DNA from: an uncultured Granulosicoccaceae bacterium
Lineage (GTDB): Bacteria; Pseudomonadota; Gammaproteobacteria; CALCKW01
Reading direction: 5' to 3'
DNA: 64,000 nucleotides
Assembly (NCBI GenBank): GCA_937965695.1
Contig: CALCKW010000059.1
Span: 351 to 64,350, forward strand
The translations under genes and the position numbers were made by a program. This document shows, piece after piece, positions 49,833 through 58,726 of this stretch (its first letter is position 1; every line of letters starts with the position of its first letter). The notes under the pieces are model-generated. The model had not been told where the DNA came from and ran no database searches. It saw nothing but the letters and a program-made list of their open reading frames with translations.

Positions 49833-51706
49833 GCGGCGTTCATAACACCCCATCTGGCGGATGGGCCTCATGGTTCGATCTGCGCAGCCGCGAGTCCCTG
49901 TTGTCTGCGTTTCTACTTTTTGCGATCGTGTGTGTTTTGCTGGCGGCAGCCGCCTACTTTGAACTCGCTAGTCCTCGCTTACTCAAGATTGGCTGCGTCA
50001 ACTTAATCGCTGCATTAGCGCTGGGTCTTTTCAGCGGTTCAACGGGTGTTCTATCTCTCGGACATGTCGCGTTTTTTGGTATTGGCGCCTACGTTAGCGC
50101 GTGGTTCACTTTAATTCCCGCAATCAAAGGCATGCTCTTGCCTGACATGCCAGTTTTTATTCAGCAATCGCAGTGGAGTCTCTGGTTCGCCGTTATTCCA
50201 GCCATCATCGCTGGTCTATTGGCCGGTGTTTTGACTGGTTTCGTGATGCGGCGCTTGCGTGATACTTCCGCCGTTATCGCGAGTTTTGGTTTTTTAGTCA
50301 TTTTTTACCTTTTGTTTATAGGGTTGAAAATTTTTACGAATGGAAAACAATCCCTTTATGCCTTACCCATCGACCAATTGAGTTGGCCGTTAACCATGAC
50401 AGCGATCGCAACGGCTCTGCTTGTCACATTTGCCATACGCGCCAGTGCATTGGGAAGGGCGGCGGAGTCCTTGCGAGATAATGAAGCAGCTGCTCGTTCT
50501 GTTGGCGTAGACGCTGACCGTACCTTCTTTTGGGTGTGGGTCGCCAGTGCTGCACTGATGGCTATGGCTGGCGCCTTGTTTGCGCACTCCATTGGCATCG
50601 CGTCTCCTAGCAGTTTCTATTTAGATAAAACATTCGCTCTTATTGTGATGATAATCGTTGGGGGTTATCGGTCATTGACGGGTTGCGCTCTGGGTGCGGT
50701 GTTAATAACAATCGTTGAAGAATTACTAAAGCACGCAGAAGAATCTTTGGGTGCCCTTGCAGGCCAACAAGTACTGGGCGGTCTTATTGAAATGCCCCGT
50801 GTTTTTGGCCTAACGGCCTTGTGCTTCTCAGCGATTATTTTGTTGGTGTTGTATTTACGCCCAGAGGGCGTGATTGGCTATCGCGAATTGGCGCAAGCAG
50901 GTCTTATAAGACGACTGTTTGGGCGATGGCTCGAACCTGCCAGCAAGGGTGAAGAACAAGTCATCTACTCTGTGCCCAAGGAGTCGGAACTGTCCGCGCA
51001 GTCTTTGGGTAAAAATTATGGCTATTTTAGCGCCATGAGTGACGTGAGCTTTGAAGTAGGACCAGGGGAAATTGTTGGACTGATCGGGCCTAATGGTGCA
51101 GGTAAGAGCACCTTTATCAATGTAATGACCGGGAACCTTTTTGCGAGCTCTGGCGCTATTTTCCTAAACGGAGAAAATGCGACTCAGTGGAGTGCGCATG
51201 ACTTGGCGCGTCGTGGCATGGGCCGTACTTTTCAAAATATTCGGTTATTTGCCTCGCTTAGCACGTTGGACAATGTGCTGACGTCTGTCAACGTTGCCTC
51301 TCCCAAACTATCTCGTGTTGATGCTGAAGTGCTGGCGATGAATTGGCTACGCGAGCTTAATCTAGATCAGCACGCCCTGGAAGCAGGAGGCTCACTAGCC
51401 TATGGCGATCAGAGACGATTAGAAATAGCCCGTGCTTTGGCTTTGGAACCGCATTTCTTGCTGTTAGACGAACCCGCAGCGGGCATGAACGATTCCGAGA
51501 CCCATCAGTTGCAGCAATTGCTTAAAGATATCGTTCAGCGAATAGGTTGCGGTGTCATTTTGATCGAGCACGATATGCCAATGGTCATGGCGCTCTGCGA
51601 CCGACTGGTTGTGCTCAATAAGGGAGAGCAAATTGCCTCTGGCCCAGTGGCCGATGTGCGTAAAGATCCACAAGTTATAGAGGCTTACATCGGGGAATCA
51701 CCTTAA
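49826..51706 (+). CDS. Fused HAAT permease-ATPase (LivM-LivG)
   Basis: SLGHVAFFGIGAY TM domain followed by GPNGAGKST, LLDEPAAGM, IEHDM. Confidence 0.9.
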   Translation: MVSGVHNTPSGGWASWFDLRSRESLLSAFLLFAIVCVLLAAAAYFELASPRLLKIGCVNLIAALALGLFSGSTGVLSLGHVAFFGIGAYVSAWFTLIPAIKGMLLPDMPVFIQQSQWSLWFAVIPAIIAGLLAGVLTGFVMRRLRDTSAVIASFGFLVIFYLLFIGLKIFTNGKQSLYALPIDQLSWPLTMTAIATALLVTFAIRASALGRAAESLRDNEAAARSVGVDADRTFFWVWVASAALMAMAGALFAHSIGIASPSSFYLDKTFALIVMIIVGGYRSLTGCALGAVLITIVEELLKHAEESLGALAGQQVLGGLIEMPRVFGLTALCFSAIILLVLYLRPEGVIGYRELAQAGLIRRLFGRWLEPASKGEEQVIYSVPKESELSAQSLGKNYGYFSAMSDVSFEVGPGEIVGLIGPNGAGKSTFINVMTGNLFASSGAIFLNGENATQWSAHDLARRGMGRTFQNIRLFASLSTLDNVLTSVNVASPKLSRVDAEVLAMNWLRELNLDQHALEAGGSLAYGDQRRLEIARALALEPHFLLLDEPAAGMNDSETHQLQQLLKDIVQRIGCGVILIEHDMPMVMALCDRLVVLNKGEQIASGPVADVRKDPQVIEAYIGESP

Positions 51707-51816
51707 CAGTGGGTTTCTCGTGTTCGGGTAATCTTTTAAATTATTCGAACTAAGTTAGAGCGTTACTTTTTTGCAGTTAATGTAATAAACACCTCGAAGC
51801 AACAGGAGTGAGAACG

Positions 51817-52989
51817 ATGATCAAAAACCTACTAGCAGCAGCCGTGGTCGCCAGTGTTGGCATGACCACAGCACACGCAGATGGTCACGCAAAAGATTTC
51901 GTGATTGGCGCTGTCAACGCAAAAACAGGCTTCATGGCCGCATATGACGCACCTTTTATGCAGGGCGTGCAGATGTATATGGACGGTGCCAATGCTGATG
52001 GCGGCTTTATGGGTAAATACCCCATCAAGTTGATCGAACGCGATGATGGCTCAGACGTGCAAAAGTCTACGGTATCTACAGCCGAGTTGCTGCAGTCCGA
52101 AGAGCTGAATCTATTCATTACCTCTGCACTGGCTCCGTATGCCATTTCCGCAGGCAGCCAGGCATTGGCCAAAGACTTGTTAACTGTCCACACCATTGCA
52201 TCACAGCCCACGATTCCGGCGCGTTTGGGTGAAGGCAGTTACTTGGTCATGATGTCCGATGCCCATATGGGCGGTGTTTATGCCAAGTACGCTACTGACA
52301 CGCTCGAGGCTAAAACTGCTTATATCGTGACGAGTGACTTTGACCCCTACACTGAGTTTCTCCCATTGTATTTTAAAGAGAAATTTGAAGCAGCTGGCGG
52401 TAAAGTCATCGGTCAATCTGACTTTGCCTACGATCAGCAAGAGTTCTCATCAGTCGTCTCTGCGATCAAAGCGCTACCCGAACAACCCGATGTCATTATG
52501 GGAATGCCGTTCGATAACGATTTCCCTATCTTTATTAACCAGCTTCGTGCTGCTGGGGTGAAGTCGGTCTACCTGGGTCCAGACACCCTCGATTTGCCTT
52601 CTGTTAAAGGGTTAGGTGATGTCGTTGAAGGGGTGCATTACGTGACCATGGCTGCTCCTTCTAGCAGCGAGGCCGCGGGTGACTTTGTCAAGGCATATGG
52701 CGAGCGGTATGGCAGCGAAGACAGTGCGTATCCAGCGATGGTGGGTTATTCGTTCATGCGTATGGTTGAAGCGGCAGTCAATGCGGCGGGTGGCACGGAT
52801 GCAGCGGCAGTTCGTGCAGCATTTGCTCAGCTAGAAAATGTCGAAACTGAAATTGGTTCCGTCACTTTTAAAGGCTTTGGTGCGTTACCTAATCTTCCGG
52901 TGCATGTGATGCGCATAGAAGGCGGTAAAGGTGTTCATGTCGAGTCTATTTTGTTAGAGGCAGACGAAATACCAACACCACGTTCTTGA
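51817..52989 (+). CDS. HAAT (Leu/Ile/Val-type) substrate-binding protein
   Basis: Signal peptide ending TAHA; TGFMAAYD, NADGG, DDGSD; ATG 51817 after AGGAG. Confidence 0.85.
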   Translation: MIKNLLAAAVVASVGMTTAHADGHAKDFVIGAVNAKTGFMAAYDAPFMQGVQMYMDGANADGGFMGKYPIKLIERDDGSDVQKSTVSTAELLQSEELNLFITSALAPYAISAGSQALAKDLLTVHTIASQPTIPARLGEGSYLVMMSDAHMGGVYAKYATDTLEAKTAYIVTSDFDPYTEFLPLYFKEKFEAAGGKVIGQSDFAYDQQEFSSVVSAIKALPEQPDVIMGMPFDNDFPIFINQLRAAGVKSVYLGPDTLDLPSVKGLGDVVEGVHYVTMAAPSSSEAAGDFVKAYGERYGSEDSAYPAMVGYSFMRMVEAAVNAAGGTDAAAVRAAFAQLENVETEIGSVTFKGFGALPNLPVHVMRIEGGKGVHVESILLEADEIPTPRS

Positions 52990-53003
52990 GGGCGTGATTA
53001 GCG

Positions 53004-53032
53004 ATGGTGTCGGGAATAGGGCCTGGCACCAT
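53004..53032 (+). terminator. Stem-loop after the binding-protein gene
   Basis: ATGGTGTCGG...CCTGGCACCAT imperfect stem using G-U pairs. Confidence 0.45.
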
Positions 53033-53078
53033 TGGCTATCCATGCAAGCATGTTTGATAAATTGACAGAGCTTCGATT

Positions 53079-53795
53079 GTGAAAAAAGCAGTGTTAGAGG
53101 TCGAAAATCTGGTTGTTCAATACGGCCAAATTTCTGCGGTGCAAGGGGTCAACCTAACCGTCAATGAAAATGAGTTGGTCACCGTTATCGGGGCTAATGG
53201 TGCCGGGAAGACTTCTACTTTAAATGCCATGATGGGGTTAGTTCCTGCGGCTAGCGGAGAAATTCGCTACAAGGGTGAATCCCTTTTGCACATGCCGGTT
53301 GAAAAGCGCCCAAGTATGGGTATTGCATTTTCACCTGAGGGACGAAGAGTCTTTGGGCCTTTGTCTGTGCGCGACAATTTGCGGGTCGGTGGGAATAGCC
53401 TGCCGGCCTCTCAGGTTGACGGTCGCATTGACGAAATGGTTGAGCGATTTCCTATTTTGGGAGAGCGCCTACAGCAAGCAGCGGGGACGCTTTCTGGTGG
53501 AGAACAGCAGATGTTAGCCATTGCGCGTGCGCTGATGATTTCCCCCGATTTTTTAATTCTCGATGAACCCTCGTTGGGGTTGGCTCCTATTGTCGTCGCA
53601 CAAGTGTTTGAGTTGATCGCTGAGCTTCATGCGGAAGGTGTGGCAATACTATTGGTTGAACAAAACGTTAGAAAAAGCTTGGCTATTGCTGATCGAGCTT
53701 ACGTTATGGAACTGGGACGCTTTGTGCGTGAAGGTGCAGCCGATGAATTGGCTGCAGACCCATCCATAGAAAATAGCTATCTCGGCGCGGCTTAA
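53079..53795 (+). CDS. HAAT ATP-binding protein, LivF-like
   Basis: GANGAGKT, PEGRRVF, LSGGEQQM, DEPSLGLAP. Confidence 0.92.
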   Translation: MKKAVLEVENLVVQYGQISAVQGVNLTVNENELVTVIGANGAGKTSTLNAMMGLVPAASGEIRYKGESLLHMPVEKRPSMGIAFSPEGRRVFGPLSVRDNLRVGGNSLPASQVDGRIDEMVERFPILGERLQQAAGTLSGGEQQMLAIARALMISPDFLILDEPSLGLAPIVVAQVFELIAELHAEGVAILLVEQNVRKSLAIADRAYVMELGRFVREGAADELAADPSIENSYLGAA

Positions 53796-53833
53796 AGGCC
53801 GCCTGAATAATTTAGGTTTCTTGGGAGATAGAC

Positions 53834-54721
53834 TTGGACCTCTTTTTACAATTTCTAGTCTCAGTGCTGAGTCTTGGCGGCGTGTATGCGCTACTAGCTT
53901 TGGGGCTGTCTACCGTTTTTGGATTGTTGGGATTTCTCAACTTTGCACACGGTGATCTGATGACAATCTGTGGCTATGGCTTGTACTTTATGCTGGCTGC
54001 GGGATTTGGTTTTGTTCCTGCGGCTACGCTCGCTCTCGCGCTGGCTGCATTGGCAGCAGTTTTAATGGAGCGCTTGGCATTTCGACCGTTGCGTGGTCGC
54101 AACCCGATGACGCTGCTTATTACTTCTTTTGCCCTGTCGTTGGCCTTACATGTTAGCTTTCAGATTTTTATAAGCCCAAAACCTAAGCCCATTCCCGTAC
54201 CAGAGTTTTTGTCAGGTTATTTTACTATTGGTGAAATTTTTATAAGCCGCGCGCAAGTAATCGCTATTGTCGTCTCTGTGTTGTCATTAGTGCTGCTTAA
54301 TCTTTTCGTCAATCGCACGCGCCTCGGCGTAGCACTGCGTGCCGCTGCGGCAGATTTTGATGTAGCGAGAGCTTTTGGCGTAAAGGCTAATCAAGTTATT
54401 GCAATCGCTTTCGCGTTGAGTGGCTTGCTCGCGGGATTGGCAGCATTGGTGTGGATATCACAGCGAGGTGCAGTGTTTCCCACCATGGGATTGACCCCAA
54501 TGGTGAAGGCGCTGATAGCCGTCATTATCGGAGGGCTGTCGAATCCGCGCGGCGCGCTCTTGGGTGGTTTTATGTTGGGCTTATTGGAAGCGGGCTTTCT
54601 ATTTACTCTTCCAGATAGCCTTGTGTTGTACCGGGACGCCTTGGTGTTGCTGGTGTTGATTCTGTTTTTGATGTTTAGGCCTAACGGATTGATTGCGACC
54701 AATCCAGAGCCGATGCGGTAG
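53834..54721 (+). CDS. HAAT permease, LivH-like
   Basis: YALLALG, LNFAHGD, IIGGL, RPNGL. Confidence 0.9.
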   Translation: MDLFLQFLVSVLSLGGVYALLALGLSTVFGLLGFLNFAHGDLMTICGYGLYFMLAAGFGFVPAATLALALAALAAVLMERLAFRPLRGRNPMTLLITSFALSLALHVSFQIFISPKPKPIPVPEFLSGYFTIGEIFISRAQVIAIVVSVLSLVLLNLFVNRTRLGVALRAAAADFDVARAFGVKANQVIAIAFALSGLLAGLAALVWISQRGAVFPTMGLTPMVKALIAVIIGGLSNPRGALLGGFMLGLLEAGFLFTLPDSLVLYRDALVLLVLILFLMFRPNGLIATNPEPMR

Positions 54722-54743
54722 AGCGATATATCTCAAAGGCAAT

Positions 54744-55409
54744 TTAGCTGTTTAGGATGGCATCCATTTGCAAAGTAAGACCGCCTTCGATGTGATCACG
54801 CATTGCTTCGAAAGCATCGTGACCGTTACCGCTAGCCATCGCATCGATGAGCGGTATGTGATCGCCTAGGGATTTGTCCAGATCAACGTCGTCAATTTTG
54901 GCGAACATACGAAATGAATTGCTGCGGTTCCAGATGGAATCAAACTGTTCTAGCAGAAAACGATTATTAGCTTTTTCAACAATCGCGCGGTGGATGGTGC
55001 GGTTAGCTTCAAAGTAGGCGGAGATGTCGACGCGCTTTATGGACTCTTGCTGCAGCACTAAATTGCGCAGTTGCTCATAGACTGCTTTGTCGTTCCGCTC
55101 GGTGACTAGGCGTGCAGCGAAGCCTTCAATGGCGATTCTCGCCTGATAGATTTCGCGCACTTCAGCGTTGCTGATTTGCCTGATAACAAATCCTGAACGA
55201 CCGGAGGTCTCTAGTACGCCTTCTTGTTCTAGGCGAAGCAACGCCTCGCGTACTGGGGTTCGGCTGACTTGTAACTCGTTTGCAAGCCGCTCTTGCACAA
55301 GGCGCTCGTTGGGAGCGATATCACCGGCGCCTATTGCTATAAGCAATTGCTCGTAGATCTCGTCTGCAAGGCGGGTTTTCTGTACAGAGATGCGTTTGAG
55401 TGTAGCCAT
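54744..55409 (-). CDS. GntR-family regulator (FCD domain)
   Basis: VSRTPVREAL HTH; NRTIH, DHIPLIDAM, MRDHI FCD His motifs. Confidence 0.92.
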   Translation of the reverse strand: MATLKRISVQKTRLADEIYEQLLIAIGAGDIAPNERLVQERLANELQVSRTPVREALLRLEQEGVLETSGRSGFVIRQISNAEVREIYQARIAIEGFAARLVTERNDKAVYEQLRNLVLQQESIKRVDISAYFEANRTIHRAIVEKANNRFLLEQFDSIWNRSNSFRMFAKIDDVDLDKSLGDHIPLIDAMASGNGHDAFEAMRDHIEGGLTLQMDAILNS

Positions 55410-55534
55410 ATAGAGGTGAGAGTGTTCCTGACAATGGAGCGTGAAATTTAGCTGAACGAGCCGCCTGAGCGGCTTTTAGAGCCAAAAACTGGGTGTTTAA
55501 AAAAACATCATAGCAATGATTGATTGATTCAGGA

Positions 55535-55554
55535 ATACTGTATACAGTATACAA
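55535..55554. promoter_or_regulatory. Candidate GntR operator: 16-bp palindrome ATACTGTATACAGTAT overlapping ATACAGTATACAA (copy 2)
   Basis: Perfect palindrome 55535-55550 between divergent gntR and the glxB-like gene. Confidence 0.75.
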
Positions 55555-55576
55555 CGTACATTATGAGGGGAATAAC

Positions 55577-56521
55577 ATGTGTGGGATAGCTGGGAGAATT
55601 TTAAATAGCCCTGGCCGTGTCGGTGATGACTTAGTCGATCTGATGGCGGCCCAGTCTCACCGGGGGGCCGACTCGACAGGTTTTGCTGTATACGGGCCGC
55701 CAAGAACCGATGGTTATATCGTTCGCGCGATGGGTTTTGATCGAAGTGCAATGGACTCGGATCTGGCAGACTTTGAGAAGATCTTGCGTCAACACGGCTC
55801 AGACTGGTTGGAAGAGCCAACGTGGAACGGTGGCACTGATAGCCATTACTCAGTACGTGCTGTTATTAAAGACCCTTCAGACATCGCGCAGTGGATAAAA
55901 GAAGCCGATGCTATATGTGAACGTCTCGAGGTGCAATCGCTCGGTCGCTCACTGGAGATTGTCAAGGACACGGGTGATGCGAATGCCGTTGCGGAAAAAC
56001 ATGGTGTTCGTGAAATGGTGGGCACTCATGGATTAGGTCATGCACGTTTGGCCACTGAAAGCTCGGTACTGCCTAATGCCAGCCACCCTTTTTGGGCGCG
56101 ACCGTTCCCCGATGTAGCCATTGTGCACAACGGACAGATTACTGACTACTACACGCAGCGCGATCGCCTAGAGCGCAAGGGTTATCGATTTATGACCCAG
56201 AACGACAGTGAGTTGATTGCCGTATGGGTCTCCGACCAGATGTCGCAGGGGCTCGATAAACACGAAGCGCTGCGCAAGTCGATCGATTCTATTGATGGGG
56301 TATTTACCTTCCTCATTACTGACCCAACCAGCATGGGGTTCGCCAAAGATCGTTTTGCCATGAAACCGCTTGTGACGGTGGAATCTGTAGGTCAATTGTC
56401 CGCTGCAACGGAAGAGCAAGCCGTTCGACGTATCGAGCCTGAAGAATCAGATGTGATCAACTACGACGGTCCTTCAATGACTCGTCTATGGCCGGTTGAT
56501 TCGACGGAGGCTGCAGCATGA
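55577..56521 (+). CDS. Class II glutamine amidotransferase, GlxB/MgsA-like
   Basis: MCGIAG Ntn start after GAGGGG, HRGADSTG, GHARLATES, HPF, HNGQI, NDSE. Confidence 0.88.
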   Translation: MCGIAGRILNSPGRVGDDLVDLMAAQSHRGADSTGFAVYGPPRTDGYIVRAMGFDRSAMDSDLADFEKILRQHGSDWLEEPTWNGGTDSHYSVRAVIKDPSDIAQWIKEADAICERLEVQSLGRSLEIVKDTGDANAVAEKHGVREMVGTHGLGHARLATESSVLPNASHPFWARPFPDVAIVHNGQITDYYTQRDRLERKGYRFMTQNDSELIAVWVSDQMSQGLDKHEALRKSIDSIDGVFTFLITDPTSMGFAKDRFAMKPLVTVESVGQLSAATEEQAVRRIEPEESDVINYDGPSMTRLWPVDSTEAAA

Positions 56522-57210
56522 GCGAAGTTGAAGTCAAAGTAGGCGAGCGGTCTATTCGTGAGATCAACGAAGAAATCCAGGAGCACGCCGCAAACGGTTT
56601 GCCGATGCACATTACCGATACACTCTCTAGACATAACTTAGGTATTGGTTTGCCAAAAGGGGCAAAGTTGCGCTTTGATGGCAGCGTTGGTTATTACTGC
56701 GGTGGTTTGAATAACGGCGCGACGATTACCGTGGAGCGTAATTCAGGCTGGGGCACTGGTGAAGCACAGGCAGCAGGGGATATCACCGTCGGCGGTTATG
56801 CGGGGATGTCTGTGGGTGCGGCGATGCTCGGCGGTGTAATCCATGTCAAAGGTGACTGCGGCCCTCGTTGCGGTGTGGCGATGAAAGGTGGCGATATTAT
56901 TGTCGAAGGCAAACTCGGTTATCAAGCTGGGTTTATGTCGCACGGCGGGCGCATAATAGCGCTCGGCGGTGCGGGTGAGTCTTGTGCTGATGCGCTTTGG
57001 GAAGGCGAGGTCTGGGTTGCCGGGCCGGTCGAGTCACTGGGTGTGGACGCCAAAATTGTCGAGCCTGAGGCAGCAGAAATTGCCTCGGTAGAAGAACTGC
57101 TAGCCACACGTGGTTTGGCAGACAACAACAGAGAGTGGCGCAAAATCGTATCCGGTCAGCGCCTGTGGTACTTCGAGAGTCGGGAAGCAAACGCATGGCT
57201 AATGATATGA
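56518..57210 (+). CDS. GXGXG beta-helix subunit, GlxC/MgsB-like
   Basis: GSVGYYCGG, CGVAMKGGDIIV repeats; ATGA overlap with both neighbours. Confidence 0.88.
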   Translation: MSEVEVKVGERSIREINEEIQEHAANGLPMHITDTLSRHNLGIGLPKGAKLRFDGSVGYYCGGLNNGATITVERNSGWGTGEAQAAGDITVGGYAGMSVGAAMLGGVIHVKGDCGPRCGVAMKGGDIIVEGKLGYQAGFMSHGGRIIALGGAGESCADALWEGEVWVAGPVESLGVDAKIVEPEAAEIASVEELLATRGLADNNREWRKIVSGQRLWYFESREANAWLMI

Positions 57211-58625
57211 ATAATTCAGATGAAGAACGGTACAGTTACCCCTTTGAAATGCCTAGCGAAGAAGCGGTCGCGTTTAGTGACGGTGCTATAGATGGACGTC
57301 CTGCGGGTGTCCCATCATCATATGACAAGGGTGGTTCATTGCGTTGGACACCCGATGCCATTTCCGAAGTGCATGCCCTGGCACAGTTGGGCCGCTATCA
57401 GGTGCGCGGTTATAACTGTTTTAACCAGCGCTTGCCCACTTTTGACGATCTGACCTTTGTACCGGCGACGATGACGCGTTTGCCGCTTGAGGGTTACAGA
57501 GAAAAGTGTGACACCACAACAATTTTGGGTAACAGCGGCAACGTTGAAAACCCGCTGGAATTGAAAATCCCGATTTATATCGCCAGCATGAGTTTTGGTG
57601 CGCTGTCGGCAAGTGCCAAAGCTGCGCTTGGATACGGTGCGTCGAAAGTAGGCACAATGACCTGCACCGGCGAAGGCGGCATGCTCGAAGAAGAGCGCGC
57701 TGCCAGTGAGCGTTTGGTCTATCAAATGAGCCCAGCTCGCTACGGCTTGGATTTAGATCACTTGCGACGTGCAGATGGTCTTGAGCTGGTTGTAGGCCAA
57801 GGCGCTAAACCTGGCACGGGTGGCCTGCTACTCGGTATGAAGGTGTCAGAACGCGTTTCCAAAATGCGCACTTTGCCGCCAGGCGTAGATCAACGCTCGA
57901 CGATTCGTCACCCAGACTTTTTAGGTGCAGATGACTTGGCCGTGAAGATCGAGGAGCTGCGTATCGCGACTAACTACAAAGTGCCAATCAGCATCAAGAT
58001 GGGTGCAACGAGACCGCGTTATGATGTTGCCATTGCGGCTAAAGCAGGCGCTGATATCATTGTTGTAGATGGCGCAGAAGGAGGCACCGGTGCCTCTCCA
58101 GAAATGCTGCTCAACCACACGGGTATTCCCAATATCTCTGCAATTCGCGCAGCGCGCGAGGCGTTGGATGAATGCGGTATGTCGGGTAAGGTATCCTTGG
58201 TTGCAGCCGGTGGTATTCGCAGTGGTGTGGATGCGGCTAAATGCTTGGCGTTGGGTGCTGATGCCGTCATGATCGGCAATGCTTCAATGATAGCAATGGG
58301 TTGTAACTCGCCGCGATACGAAGAAGATTACGCCAAGTTAGGTACTTCACCAGGTGCCTGCCATCATTGTCATACAGGCTTGTGTCCTGTGGGTATCGCC
58401 ACACAAGATCCCGATCTAGAAGCACGCATGGACGTGGCTGTGGGTGCAGAACGTGTTGCACGCTACTTGACCGCCATGACCATGGAGATCACCGCACTTG
58501 CTAAAGCTTGTGGTAAATCTTCAGTTCACAACCTAGAGCCAGAAGATCTTCGAGCACTGAGCTTTGAAGCTTCAGCATTTACTGGTGTAAAAATGGCGGG
58601 TATCGATCGCGCTTTTGGTTGGTAA
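57207..58625 (+). CDS. FMN-binding glutamate synthase family subunit, GlxD/MgsC-like
   Basis: MSFGALS, TGEGGM, GQGAKPGTGG, DGAEGGTG, CHHCHTGLCPVGIATQ, HNLEPEDL. Confidence 0.9.
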   Translation: MNNSDEERYSYPFEMPSEEAVAFSDGAIDGRPAGVPSSYDKGGSLRWTPDAISEVHALAQLGRYQVRGYNCFNQRLPTFDDLTFVPATMTRLPLEGYREKCDTTTILGNSGNVENPLELKIPIYIASMSFGALSASAKAALGYGASKVGTMTCTGEGGMLEEERAASERLVYQMSPARYGLDLDHLRRADGLELVVGQGAKPGTGGLLLGMKVSERVSKMRTLPPGVDQRSTIRHPDFLGADDLAVKIEELRIATNYKVPISIKMGATRPRYDVAIAAKAGADIIVVDGAEGGTGASPEMLLNHTGIPNISAIRAAREALDECGMSGKVSLVAAGGIRSGVDAAKCLALGADAVMIGNASMIAMGCNSPRYEEDYAKLGTSPGACHHCHTGLCPVGIATQDPDLEARMDVAVGAERVARYLTAMTMEITALAKACGKSSVHNLEPEDLRALSFEASAFTGVKMAGIDRAFGW

Positions 58626-58636
58626 TATTGTCCTAC

Positions 58637-58674
58637 GCGAAAGTGCGGTCAATCTGAACGCACTTCGCATTTTT
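58637..58674 (+). terminator. Rho-independent terminator after glxD-like gene
   Basis: GCGAAAGTGCG...CGCACTTCGC then ATTTTT. Confidence 0.6.
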
Positions 58675-58726
58675 AGCGAAGAAAAAAATGTAGTGCTTCA
58701 CCATGTAGATTATAGTGAAGCTTTTC

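Noticed and set aside
55577-58625. Ordinary assimilatory glutamate synthase (gltBD)
   Set aside because: Split into three small subunits, no GltD, Mgs-like features and catabolic context
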